DNA of 64,000 nucleotides from the NCBI GenBank assembly GCA_022565155.1, contig JADFKB010000001.1, forward strand, positions 17,170-81,169, read 5' to 3'. Within the stretch, counting starts at the first letter, position 1; each line of letters begins with the position of its first letter. A program made the position numbers and the translations under genes. Below, one piece after another: positions 1 through 8,101 of the stretch. The stretch is from Chloroflexota bacterium (GTDB taxonomy: Bacteria > Chloroflexota > Dehalococcoidia > DSTF01 > RBG-16-68-14). The notes under the pieces are model-generated. The model made no database searches. It worked only from the letters and a program-made list of their open reading frames with translations, and was not told where the DNA came from.

Positions 1-31
1 GCCTCGTTCCCTATCCTGTTGAAAGAGGTGC

Positions 32-559
32 GTGGTGCCGGTTCAGTACAACGTGTCGATGCTAGTGCAGGAGCCTGTCGGCTCGGTTCGCCGCTATTCG
101 GTGGACGGCGACGTACGCATCGATGGCGAACGCCGGCACGTCCGCGGCGAGGCGACGTTCCTGCGAACGCAAGACGGAGTGCTCGTCACTGCTGAACTAG
201 CAGGCGTAGGGAGCGAGCAGTGTAGCCGCTGCCTGGGAGACGTAACAGTTCCGATTGAGATGACGATCAGCGAAGAGTACATCGCCACCGTCGACGCGAA
301 CACGGGGTCTACGCTGAAGCCGCCCGTCGACCCGGAGGCGTTTCGCATCGACGAGAGGCACACGCTGAACCTGGAAGAGGCGGTGCGGCAGTCGTGGGCG
401 GGTGCGCTGCCGATGCAGCCGCTCTGCCGGCAGGACTGCCAGGGCCTGTGCTTACGATGCGGACAGGACCTGAACGTCGCCGGCTGCTCCTGCCCGCCGG
501 AGACCGACGAACGCTGGAACGCGCTGCAGGCGCTGGCTCAAGAGGTGAAAGGAACGTAG
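32..559 (+). CDS. YceD/DUF177 family protein (ribosomal large-subunit accumulation factor-like)
   Basis: 175 aa ORF with GTG start at 32 preceded by GAAAGAGG; paired C-x2-C motifs (CSRC, CLRC, CSCP); sits immediately upstream of rpmF, which is the conserved context for this family. Confidence 0.7.
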   Translation: MVPVQYNVSMLVQEPVGSVRRYSVDGDVRIDGERRHVRGEATFLRTQDGVLVTAELAGVGSEQCSRCLGDVTVPIEMTISEEYIATVDANTGSTLKPPVDPEAFRIDERHTLNLEEAVRQSWAGALPMQPLCRQDCQGLCLRCGQDLNVAGCSCPPETDERWNALQALAQEVKGT

Positions 560-562
560 CTC

Positions 563-760
563 ATGGCCCCACTACCGAAGCAGAAGACGCCGAAATCGAA
601 ACAGGGCATGCGACGCAGCCACCTCCGCAAGCCCTCCGTGAAGCTGAGCGAGTGCTCGCACTGCCACGGCGTGCGGCTGCCGCACACCGTCTGCCCCACG
701 TGCGGCTACTACAAAGGCCGCGAAGCCGTCGTCATCGGCCAGCCTGAGCTGCCCGAGTAG
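563..760 (+). CDS. rpmF: 50S ribosomal protein L32
   Basis: 65 aa; basic N-terminus KQKTPKSKQGMRRSH and a C-x2-C...C-x2-C zinc ribbon (CSHCH...CPTCGYYKG), typical of L32. Confidence 0.9.
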   Translation: MAPLPKQKTPKSKQGMRRSHLRKPSVKLSECSHCHGVRLPHTVCPTCGYYKGREAVVIGQPELPE

Positions 761-795
761 CGTGCATCAGCGCTCGCTGCCTGGCCTGAACACAC

Positions 796-882
796 ATGGC
801 TGACCAGCGACCGGCCTGGCTGTTCCCCGGCCAGGGCGCCCAGTTCGCCGGTATGGGTCGCGACCTCTTCGAACGTGGCTGA
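796..882 (+). other. 28-codon upstream ORF (MADQRPAWLFPGQGAQFAGMGRDLFERG) encoded by the upstream repeat copy; out of frame with fabD and overlapping its start
   Basis: ATG at 796 and TGA at 880-882, overlapping the fabD GTG start at 875 by 8 nt. Confidence 0.35.
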
Positions 883-953
883 CCAACGGCTGGCCTGGCT
901 GTTCCCCGGCCAGGGCGCTCAGTTTACGGGCATGGGCCGCGACCTCTTCGAAG
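796..953 (+). repeat. Two-unit 79-bp tandem direct repeat: a diverged copy of the fabD 5' end placed directly upstream of fabD
   Basis: 796-874 and 875-953 align base for base at about 87% identity (atggctgaccagcgaccggcctggctgttccccggccagggcgcc... versus gtggctgaccaacggctggcctggctgttccccggccagggcgct...). Confidence 0.8.
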
Positions 954-1810
954 GCTCTAGCGCCGCCCGCCGCGTCTACGAGACTGCTGACGATGTGCTG
1001 GGCTACGCAGTGACGAACGACTGCTTCGAAGGGCCGGAAGCGCACCTGCAGCAGACCGAGTTCGCCCAGCCCGCCCTCTACGTCACCAGCTTCGCCTGCC
1101 TGGAGGCGGCCCGAGAGTTCAACAGCCTGCCGGAACAGCCGCCCGCCTTCTTCGCGGGACACAGCCTGGGCGAGTACACCGCCCTGGCCGCCGCGGGAGC
1201 GGTCGGCTTCGAGGACGGGCTGCGGCTGGTGCAGGAGCGCGGCCGCCTTATGCAACAGGCTGCCGCGCAGCAACCGGGCGCAATGGCCGCGTTGCTCGGT
1301 CTGGACGAAGCCGCCGTCCACGCCATCTGCGAGGAGACGGGCGCAGAGCTCTGCAACCTGAACGCACCCGGCCAGATCGTGATTGGCGGCGGCAGCGATG
1401 CGATCGAGGCGGCGGTGGCCCTGGCACTCGAACGAGGCGCGCGCAGAGGCGTCATGCTGAAGGTGAGCGGCGCGTTCCACACGTCGCACATGGCCCCTGC
1501 CACCGAGGGCATGGCGCGCGCCGTCGCGAACACCACGTTCCGCGATCCGCAAGCGCCGGTCATCGCGAACACGAGCGCCGAGCCGATTACAAACGCGGCC
1601 GAGCTAGCCGGCGAGCTCGTCCAGCAGCTAGACCACGCTGTCCACTGGCAGCGGTCGATGGAGTATATGGTGGCGCAGGGCGTCACCGGCGTCATTGAGT
1701 TCGGGCCGGGGCGCGTGCTCACGGGGCTCGCCAAGCGCATCGAACGGTCGCTGACCGTGCGCAACGTCGGCGACCTGGCGAGCGCGCAGGCTGGAGACGC
1801 AGGAGACTGA
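875..1810 (+). CDS. fabD: Malonyl-CoA:ACP transacylase
   Basis: 311 aa; LFPGQGAQ motif, GHSLGEY active-site serine motif, QTEFAQPAL; GTG start. Confidence 0.9.
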   Translation: MADQRLAWLFPGQGAQFTGMGRDLFEGSSAARRVYETADDVLGYAVTNDCFEGPEAHLQQTEFAQPALYVTSFACLEAAREFNSLPEQPPAFFAGHSLGEYTALAAAGAVGFEDGLRLVQERGRLMQQAAAQQPGAMAALLGLDEAAVHAICEETGAELCNLNAPGQIVIGGGSDAIEAAVALALERGARRGVMLKVSGAFHTSHMAPATEGMARAVANTTFRDPQAPVIANTSAEPITNAAELAGELVQQLDHAVHWQRSMEYMVAQGVTGVIEFGPGRVLTGLAKRIERSLTVRNVGDLASAQAGDAGD

Positions 1811-1862
1811 TCGCAAGGCCCGCCTTGACCGGACTGGCGCGGCTCCGCATGATGAAGCCGAG

Positions 1863-2606
1863 ATGTTTGACCTCACAGACAAGGTAGCGCTCGTCACCGG
1901 CGGCTCGCGCGGCATCGGCCGTGCGATCGCCCTCGCGCTCGCGGGACAGGGCGCGCAGGTGGCGGTCAACTACGTCACGAATCGCGATGCGGCGGACGAG
2001 GTGGTGCAGCAGATCGGCGAGGGCCGCGCGGTCGCGATCCAGGGCGACGTGGCGGACGCCGGCGACGCCAAGCGGCTCGTCAAAGAGACGATCGAGGCGT
2101 TCGGTTCGCTGCAGATCTTGGTCAACAACGCCGGCCTGACGCAGGACAACCTGATGCTTCGCATGTCGGAGGAGGCGTGGGACCGCGTGATGGCGGTCGA
2201 CCTGCGAGGCGCGTATCTAACCACCAAGGTGGCGCTGCGACCGATGATACGGCAGCGCTGGGGCCGCATCGTCAACATCGCCAGCGTCGCGGGGCTCGTC
2301 GGCAACGCCGGCCAGGCGAACTACGCCGCGGCCAAGGCGGGGCTCATCGGCCTGACGAAGTCCGTGGCGAAAGAGGTCGCCTCGCGCAACATCACGGCGA
2401 ACGCGGTCGCCCCTGGCCTGGTCGAAACAGAGATGACCGCCGATTTGACGGATGAGCAACAGCAAGCCGTCCTCCAGATGACGCCGCTGGGCCGCGCCGC
2501 GACGCCCGAGGAGATCGCGCCGGCCGTCGCGTTCCTCGCCTCGGAAGAAGCAGGCTACATCACCGGCGCCGTCCTCACCATCGATGGCGGTCTGGTGATG
2601 CACTGA
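1863..2606 (+). CDS. fabG: 3-oxoacyl-ACP reductase
   Basis: 247 aa SDR with TGGSRGIG cofactor motif and NNAG, YAAAK catalytic motif; follows fabD. Confidence 0.9.
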   Translation: MFDLTDKVALVTGGSRGIGRAIALALAGQGAQVAVNYVTNRDAADEVVQQIGEGRAVAIQGDVADAGDAKRLVKETIEAFGSLQILVNNAGLTQDNLMLRMSEEAWDRVMAVDLRGAYLTTKVALRPMIRQRWGRIVNIASVAGLVGNAGQANYAAAKAGLIGLTKSVAKEVASRNITANAVAPGLVETEMTADLTDEQQQAVLQMTPLGRAATPEEIAPAVAFLASEEAGYITGAVLTIDGGLVMH

Positions 2607-3052
2607 TGGCGACCGGACAGAGACGTCGCGCCCGCATCGCCGCCTTACAAGCGCTATACGAGGCCGACACATCCGACCATCTGCCGCAGGAGTCGCTCGT
2701 TCGCATCTTGGCCGAGAAGCAGATCGCACAGGCGTCGGCGGACTTCGCGCGCGACCTGATCGAGGGCGTTTTGGCGCAACGAGACGAGATCGACCGGACG
2801 ATCGCGGACGCGGCACCGGCCTGGCCGATCGACCAGTTACCCGCGATCGACCGCAATATCCTGCGGCTTGCTATCAGAGAGATGCTGGGCGATAATGGGA
2901 CGCCAGTGAGCGCCGTGATTAACGAAGCCGTCGAACTCGCCAAGAGCTTCGGCAGTGAGAAGTCGGCGAGCTTCGTGAACGGCGTCCTGGGCACTATTGC
3001 ACGGCAGCAAAACAAAACGCAATCTAACCAACCAACTAAGGGAAGGGGGTGA
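2606..3052 (+). CDS. nusB: Transcription antitermination factor NusB
   Basis: 148 aa; [17 protein letters not shown]-terminus and C-terminal [27 protein letters not shown] match the NusB signature; its ATG overlaps the fabG TGA (tgATGg). Confidence 0.85.
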   Translation: MATGQRRRARIAALQALYEADTSDHLPQESLVRILAEKQIAQASADFARDLIEGVLAQRDEIDRTIADAAPAWPIDQLPAIDRNILRLAIREMLGDNGTPVSAVINEAVELAKSFGSEKSASFVNGVLGTIARQQNKTQSNQPTKGRG

Positions 3053-3056
3053 CCAG

Positions 3057-3323
3057 GTGGCAACGGTCTTTGAACGGATACGAGGACTCATCGTCGAACA
3101 GCTTGGCGTTGAAGAGAATCAGGTAGTTCCCACCGCGTCGTTCGTGGACGATCTCAACGCCGACTCGCTGGACCTTGTAGAACTGATCATGTCCATGGAG
3201 GAGGAGTTCAGCGAGGGCAGCACGACGATGGAGATCTCTGACGAGGACGCAGAGAAGATCGTGACGGTACAGGACGCCGTCGACTATCTGAAAGATACGG
3301 GAGTCGAGGACGAATCAGCCTAG
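3057..3323 (+). CDS. acpP: Acyl carrier protein
   Basis: GTG start at 3057 after GGAAGGGGG; [15 protein letters not shown] phosphopantetheine-attachment motif (DSL); acidic C-terminal tail. Confidence 0.85.
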   Translation: MATVFERIRGLIVEQLGVEENQVVPTASFVDDLNADSLDLVELIMSMEEEFSEGSTTMEISDEDAEKIVTVQDAVDYLKDTGVEDESA

Positions 3324-3402
3324 CTCGCCATTCCCCGCGTCGCTGCTAACCACAATGCGGCCGGGCGCGGCGAACTATCTGTAACACCCGCCACCGCACA
3401 AC

Positions 3403-3756
3403 GTGGACCTCTTTGGGATTGGCCTTCCAGAGCTTGTCGTCATCCTCGCGCTCATCCTGATCGTGGTCGGCCCAGCTCGCCTTCCTGAGATGGCCGCCCA
3501 ACTCGCCCGCTTCATCCGCGCCGCCCGCAAGCTCAGCTCCCAGGTCACAAGCGAGTTCAACGAGACGATGTCTGAGTTGGAGCAGGAGTACGACGAGATG
3601 AAGGGCGAGTGGAAAGAGGTGGGCCAGGGGTTGGACGAAACCACCCGCGCCGTTACGGATGAGCTGGAGGCCGCCGACAGGGACGCTCGCAAGGCGCTGG
3701 GTGAGGCGAAGTCTGCGGCAGAAGGGCCCGCCAAACCCGGCTCGAGCCCAAGCTAA
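3403..3756 (+). CDS. tatA: Sec-independent translocase TatA/TatB family protein
   Basis: N-terminal FGIGLPELVVILALILIVVGPARLP transmembrane and hinge signature, followed by an amphipathic/acidic tail; directly upstream of tatC. Confidence 0.8.
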   Translation: MDLFGIGLPELVVILALILIVVGPARLPEMAAQLARFIRAARKLSSQVTSEFNETMSELEQEYDEMKGEWKEVGQGLDETTRAVTDELEAADRDARKALGEAKSAAEGPAKPGSSPS

Positions 3757-3768
3757 GCCGGCACCCCT

Positions 3769-4584
3769 ATGGCCGCCCAACCCCCCGCCTCACCATCAAC
3801 ACCAGGCGACACCCCGACATCAGACGACACCCCACAACCCGATCAGCAATCGCGCACCGTCACCATCCTGGAGCACCTACAGGAGTTGCGGTACCGCGCC
3901 ATGGTGACGGCGGGGGCTCTCGTTGTCGGCGTGGGCGTATCGCTCTGGCCGCTGACCGGCTGGGTCATCAAGTTTCTTAAGCAGCCGGCTGAGGACAGCA
4001 AGGAGGGGTTCGTTCTCGTCTTCTTCGAGCCGCTGGAGGGCTGGACGACCTACTTCCGCGTCTCGCTCCTGCTCGGCATCGCGATCACGATGCCCGTGCT
4101 GGTCTACCAGCTGCTGGCCTTCGTCAGTCCGGGCCTGACAAAGACCGAACGGCGCTGGGTATACCCGATTGCAATAGGGGCGTCGATCTCCTTCCTGGCC
4201 GGCGTCGCCTTCGCCTACTACATTGAACTGCCGCCGGCGCTCGGATTCTTGCTCAACCCGCCGGAGGGCATCGGCGAGCCGCTGATCAGCGCCAGCAAGT
4301 ACTTCGACTTCGTGACACGACTGCTGCTGATGACCGGGCTCGTGTTCGAGCTGCCGCTGGTGATCATGGGGATGGCGAAGCTGGGCGTCGTCACCTCGTC
4401 TCGGCTCTGGGGTTGGTGGCGCTACGCTATCATCTTCGCGTTCGTGCTGGCGGCGATCGTGACGCCGTCGATCGACCCGATCACGCAATCGCTCGTGGCA
4501 GGACCGATCATTGTCCTCTATTTCGCAGGCATCGGGCTGGCTAAGCTCGTCGAGGGCAACCCGATCCTGCCCGGCCGGACGTGA
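3769..4584 (+). CDS. tatC: Sec-independent translocase subunit TatC
   Basis: 271 aa; EHLQELRYR N-terminal motif and a 6-TM profile. Confidence 0.9.
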   Translation: MAAQPPASPSTPGDTPTSDDTPQPDQQSRTVTILEHLQELRYRAMVTAGALVVGVGVSLWPLTGWVIKFLKQPAEDSKEGFVLVFFEPLEGWTTYFRVSLLLGIAITMPVLVYQLLAFVSPGLTKTERRWVYPIAIGASISFLAGVAFAYYIELPPALGFLLNPPEGIGEPLISASKYFDFVTRLLLMTGLVFELPLVIMGMAKLGVVTSSRLWGWWRYAIIFAFVLAAIVTPSIDPITQSLVAGPIIVLYFAGIGLAKLVEGNPILPGRT

Positions 4585-4729
4585 TGCAATTGACCACGAT
4601 CGAGGGCCGTGTTAGGATCGCTGCAAAGATGGCGAGGTTCCAAACCTGACAGCGCATAGAGGTAGATCGGTCGTAACGGGCGTCACCGGCGGCTTCTTCA
4701 GCGGCCTTACGGGAGCGGGCGGCGGCATC

Positions 4730-5005
4730 GTGATGGTACCGCTCCTGACAACGCTTCTCAGGATGCCGCAGCACCGCGCCCACGGCACATCGCTCGTCAT
4801 CGTCATTTTCGTCGCCACGGCCGGGCTGATCGGCTACTGGCGCACCGACAACGTGGAGTGGAGCCTGGCCATGTGGCTGGCGATCGGCAGCGGACTCGGA
4901 GCTTACGCTGGAGCAGTCGCGATGTCGCAATTGGCACCACAGGCGCTGCGCTTCACGTTTGGACTGTTCCTCGTGTCCGTCGCCATCCGTATGTTCATCA
5001 TCTAG
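4730..5005 (+). CDS. TSUP/TauE-SafE family permease, N-terminal 4-TM half (no canonical start for its first helix)
   Basis: The open frame runs back to the TAG at 4613-4615 and encodes the G-rich TM1 motif (VTGGFFSGLTGAGGGIVMVPLL), but the first ATG/GTG/TTG is the GTG at 4730; the gene may be 5'-truncated or use a non-canonical start. Confidence 0.5.
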   Translation: MMVPLLTTLLRMPQHRAHGTSLVIVIFVATAGLIGYWRTDNVEWSLAMWLAIGSGLGAYAGAVAMSQLAPQALRFTFGLFLVSVAIRMFII

Positions 5006-5009
5006 CGCA

Positions 5010-5411
5010 ATGTGGGAGATCGTGTTCACACTACTAACCGGATTCATCGGCGGCTTCGCCGGCGGGCTGCTCGGTGTCGGCGGCGGTGTCATCTATATCC
5101 CGGCGATGGTGCTGGTGCTGGACGAGCAACAGCACCTGGCGCAAGGGGCGTCGTTGGCCGCGATCATCGCCACGGCGATCGTCGGCGGAACAACGCACTT
5201 CCGGCGCGGCAACGTCGATCTGCCAACGGTGGCCTGGGTCGCGCCAGCGGCGGCGGCAGCGGGCTTCGGCGCCGCCCTGCTGGCCGGCGTGCTGGACGGC
5301 GATACGCTGCGCCGGATCTTCGCCGTCGTCGCGCTCTACTTCGGCGCCACAATGATGTACAGTTCCTGGCGTGAGGGACGAAGCGCGGTAGCTGAGGAGG
5401 AGCCCAGCTAA
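5010..5411 (+). CDS. TSUP/TauE-SafE family permease, C-terminal 4-TM half
   Basis: ATG at 5010, 4 nt after the stop of the first half; [33 protein letters not shown] repeats the TSUP G-rich motif. Confidence 0.6.
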   Translation: MWEIVFTLLTGFIGGFAGGLLGVGGGVIYIPAMVLVLDEQQHLAQGASLAAIIATAIVGGTTHFRRGNVDLPTVAWVAPAAAAAGFGAALLAGVLDGDTLRRIFAVVALYFGATMMYSSWREGRSAVAEEEPS

Positions 5412-5412
5412 C

Positions 5413-6027
5413 ATGGCAGAGCAAGCGATCGAACTGGCGAATCTGGCCGAACAGATCTCGGGCTGTCCGAAGTGCGCGCTGGCCAAGACGCGGACGAACG
5501 CCGTGCCGGGATCGGGTAACCCCAACGCCGACATCGTCTTCATCGGCGAAGGGCCGGGCTTCCATGAGGACCAGCAGGGCCTGCCGTTCGTCGGCGCGGC
5601 CGGCAAGTTCCTGGACGAGCTGCTGGCATCGATCAACCTGCGGCGAGAAGATGTCTACATCTGCAACGTGATCAAGTGCCGGGCGCCGGACAACCGCGAC
5701 CCGCTGCCGAACGAGATCGACGCCTGCACGCCCTGGCTCACGCAGCAGCTCGATGTACTGAAGCCACGGATGATCGTCACCCTCGGTCGTTTCTCGATGA
5801 GCCGCTACTTCCCCGGCGCGACGATCGGCCGCATCCACGGGCAGGCTAAACGCATCGACGACGTGCTAGTCGTGCCGATGTACCACCCGGCGGCGGCGCT
5901 GCACCAGGCGAGCCTGCGCCAGACGATCATGGAGGACTTTCAGAAGCTGCCGGACCTGCTGGAGCGGGCCGCCGCCGAAGAGGAACAACCACGAGAACCA
6001 CAACCAACACAACTGCAACTGTTATAG
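5413..6027 (+). CDS. Uracil-DNA glycosylase, family 4 (Fe-S type)
   Basis: [50 protein letters not shown] is the family-4 UDG signature (GEGPG...ED...G.PFVG.AG), with conserved Cys residues. Confidence 0.8.
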   Translation: MAEQAIELANLAEQISGCPKCALAKTRTNAVPGSGNPNADIVFIGEGPGFHEDQQGLPFVGAAGKFLDELLASINLRREDVYICNVIKCRAPDNRDPLPNEIDACTPWLTQQLDVLKPRMIVTLGRFSMSRYFPGATIGRIHGQAKRIDDVLVVPMYHPAAALHQASLRQTIMEDFQKLPDLLERAAAEEEQPREPQPTQLQLL

Positions 6028-6034
6028 GGAGAGT

Positions 6035-7693
6035 ATGGCTAAGAAGAATAAGCTGCGTGTAATCCCGCTAGGCGGTCTCGGCGAGATCGGCAAGAACATG
6101 ATGCTGCTGGAGTACGGCAACGATATCATCGCCGTCGACGCCGGCCTCATGTTCCCTACACAGGAGATGCTCGGCATCGACCTGGTCATCCCGGATATGG
6201 GCTACGTCCTCGACAGCGGCAAGAAGCTGCGAGCGATCTTTCTCACCCACGGCCACGAAGACCACATCGGCGCGCTGCCCTACATCCTGCACCAGATCCA
6301 GGCACCCGTCTACTGCACACCGCTGACAGCCGGCCTGATCAAGGTGAAGCTGAAGGAAGCGAAGCTGTTGAAGCAAACCGAGATCAATATCCTCAACCCC
6401 GGCGAAAAAGCCCAGGCCGGCCCGTTCGAGATCGAACCGTTCAGCGTCGCCCACAGCGTCCCCGACTCGACGGGGCTCGCCATCCGCACGCCCGTTGGCC
6501 TCGTCATCCACACCGGCGATTTCAAGCTTGACCACACGCCGGTGATGAACCAATCGACGGACCTGACTCGACTGGCCGAGCACGGCAAGGACGGCGTCCT
6601 CCTGCTGCTGGCCGATTCCACGTACGCGGAGATACCTGGCTACACGCCGTCCGAGCAGGTCGTCGGCGAGGCGTTGAATCGTATTATGTCTACTGCAACC
6701 GGCCGCGTTATCGTTACGACCTTCGCTTCCCTGATCGCCCGCGTCCAGCTCGTCATCGACGCCGCCGCCGACCACGGCCGCCGCGTCTTCGTCACGGGCC
6801 GCAGCATGGAATCGAACGTCCAGATGGCGCGCGACCTCGGCTACTTGAACGTGCCGGACGGGATCATGGTTAACCCTCGAGAGCTGGACCGCATCCCGCA
6901 CGAGAAGCTGGCGATCATCACCACGGGTAGCCAGGGCGAGCCGACGTCCGCCCTCACCCGCATGGCGAACCAGGACCACCGCTACATCACGATCGTGCCC
7001 GGCGATACCGTCATCCTCTCCGCCAGCGCCGTGCCGGGCAACGAATCGCTCGTTGACCGCACCATCGATAACCTGTTCCGGCTGGGCGCGCGCGTCCTCT
7101 ACAATCGCATTGCCGACGTCCACGTGCGCGGACACGCCGCCCAGGAGGAGCTGAAGATCGTCCACACGCTGGTGAAGCCGAAGTACTTCGTGCCGATCCA
7201 CGGCGAGTATCGCCACATGGTGCTACACGCGGACCTTGCCAGCTCGCTCGGCATGCCGGACGAGAACATCTTCATCCTGACCGACGGCGACGTGCTCGAA
7301 CTCGACAGGAACGGCGCCCGCGTCAACGGCCACGTGCCGGCCGACTACGTCTACGTGGACGGCCTCGGCGTCGGGGACATCGACCACGTGATCCTGCGCG
7401 ACCGCCACCACCTCGCCAACGACGGCATGGTCGTCGTCATCCTGGCGATAGAGAAGAACACTGGCCGTCTGGTAGGCGAGCCGGAGGTCCTCTCGCGCGG
7501 CTTCGTCGACATCGACGAGTCCGAAGAGCTGCTGAAGCGCACGGTAGACAAGGTGAAAGAGTCGCTGGCAGGGGCGGACCACATCGCCGAGTGGGGCGTG
7601 GTGAACACGATGGTGAAAGACACCGTCGCCAAGTTCCTCTACGATGAGACGCACCGCCGGCCGATGGTGCTGCCGGTGAGCGTAGAGGTGTAG
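6035..7693 (+). CDS. rnj: Ribonuclease J
   Basis: 552 aa; N-terminal LRVIPLGGLGEIGKNM, metallo-beta-lactamase HGHEDHIGALP motif, beta-CASP and C-terminal domains. Confidence 0.9.
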   Translation: MAKKNKLRVIPLGGLGEIGKNMMLLEYGNDIIAVDAGLMFPTQEMLGIDLVIPDMGYVLDSGKKLRAIFLTHGHEDHIGALPYILHQIQAPVYCTPLTAGLIKVKLKEAKLLKQTEINILNPGEKAQAGPFEIEPFSVAHSVPDSTGLAIRTPVGLVIHTGDFKLDHTPVMNQSTDLTRLAEHGKDGVLLLLADSTYAEIPGYTPSEQVVGEALNRIMSTATGRVIVTTFASLIARVQLVIDAAADHGRRVFVTGRSMESNVQMARDLGYLNVPDGIMVNPRELDRIPHEKLAIITTGSQGEPTSALTRMANQDHRYITIVPGDTVILSASAVPGNESLVDRTIDNLFRLGARVLYNRIADVHVRGHAAQEELKIVHTLVKPKYFVPIHGEYRHMVLHADLASSLGMPDENIFILTDGDVLELDRNGARVNGHVPADYVYVDGLGVGDIDHVILRDRHHLANDGMVVVILAIEKNTGRLVGEPEVLSRGFVDIDESEELLKRTVDKVKESLAGADHIAEWGVVNTMVKDTVAKFLYDETHRRPMVLPVSVEV

Positions 7694-7710
7694 GCGGCCT
7701 CCCCCCGCTC

Positions 7711-7731
7711 GAGGTTCGAGGTTCGAGGTTC
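7711..7731. repeat. (gaggttc)x3 heptamer microsatellite just downstream of rnj
   Basis: gaggttcgaggttcgaggttc, three perfect units. Confidence 0.8.
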
Positions 7732-7948
7732 GTCGTAGCAGGGGCGTTCAACTAAACGCCCTACGGGGATATGAGCCGCACCGCCGATTGAAATCGGCGG
7801 CATCGAAGATTTGGCGGCGTGCGGCGGACGACATTGCCATACAGGCTCGCAATCTCAGCCCACGTCGTAGGGACAAGGCTTCAGCCTTGTCCGTGCCCGC
7901 CTGCGGCGAGCGGGCCAGCGAAGCTGGCAGCTGGGCGGGAGTTAGTGC

Positions 7949-7977
7949 TTGACAATCTCCCGGGCCGCCACTACACT
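7949..7977 (+). promoter_or_regulatory. Sigma70-like promoter (TTGACA-17-TACACT) upstream of the MBL-fold gene
   Basis: TTGACA at 7949-7954, 17-nt spacer, TACACT at 7972-7977; about 125 nt upstream of the ATG at 8102. Confidence 0.5.
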
Positions 7978-8101
7978 TGCGCCCTACGGAGAGATGGCGA
8001 ACCCCCTCCACCTGGCTTGGCAATCGGCGCTCTGATCACCTGTCGAGGCCAAGCCGTGCGCCGGTGCGCCGCCGCCACCTCTGACGGCAAGGAGGCCACG
8101 A

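Noticed and set aside
767-1552. Long antisense ORFs opposite real genes (for example 767-1552, 9178-9963, 10534-11334, 12723-13856, 25229-26125, 34194-34919, 37084-38376, 47951-49003, 49242-50174)
   Set aside because: These are Arg/Gly/Ala/Pro-rich shadow ORFs of the kind expected in about 65% GC DNA. Each overlaps, on the opposite strand, a gene with clear family motifs, and none has an RBS or any recognisable motif.
7711-7731. Possible CRISPR or other spaced repeat array
   Set aside because: There are only three contiguous 7-nt units with no spacers. No repeat-spacer architecture or cas genes occur anywhere in the window.
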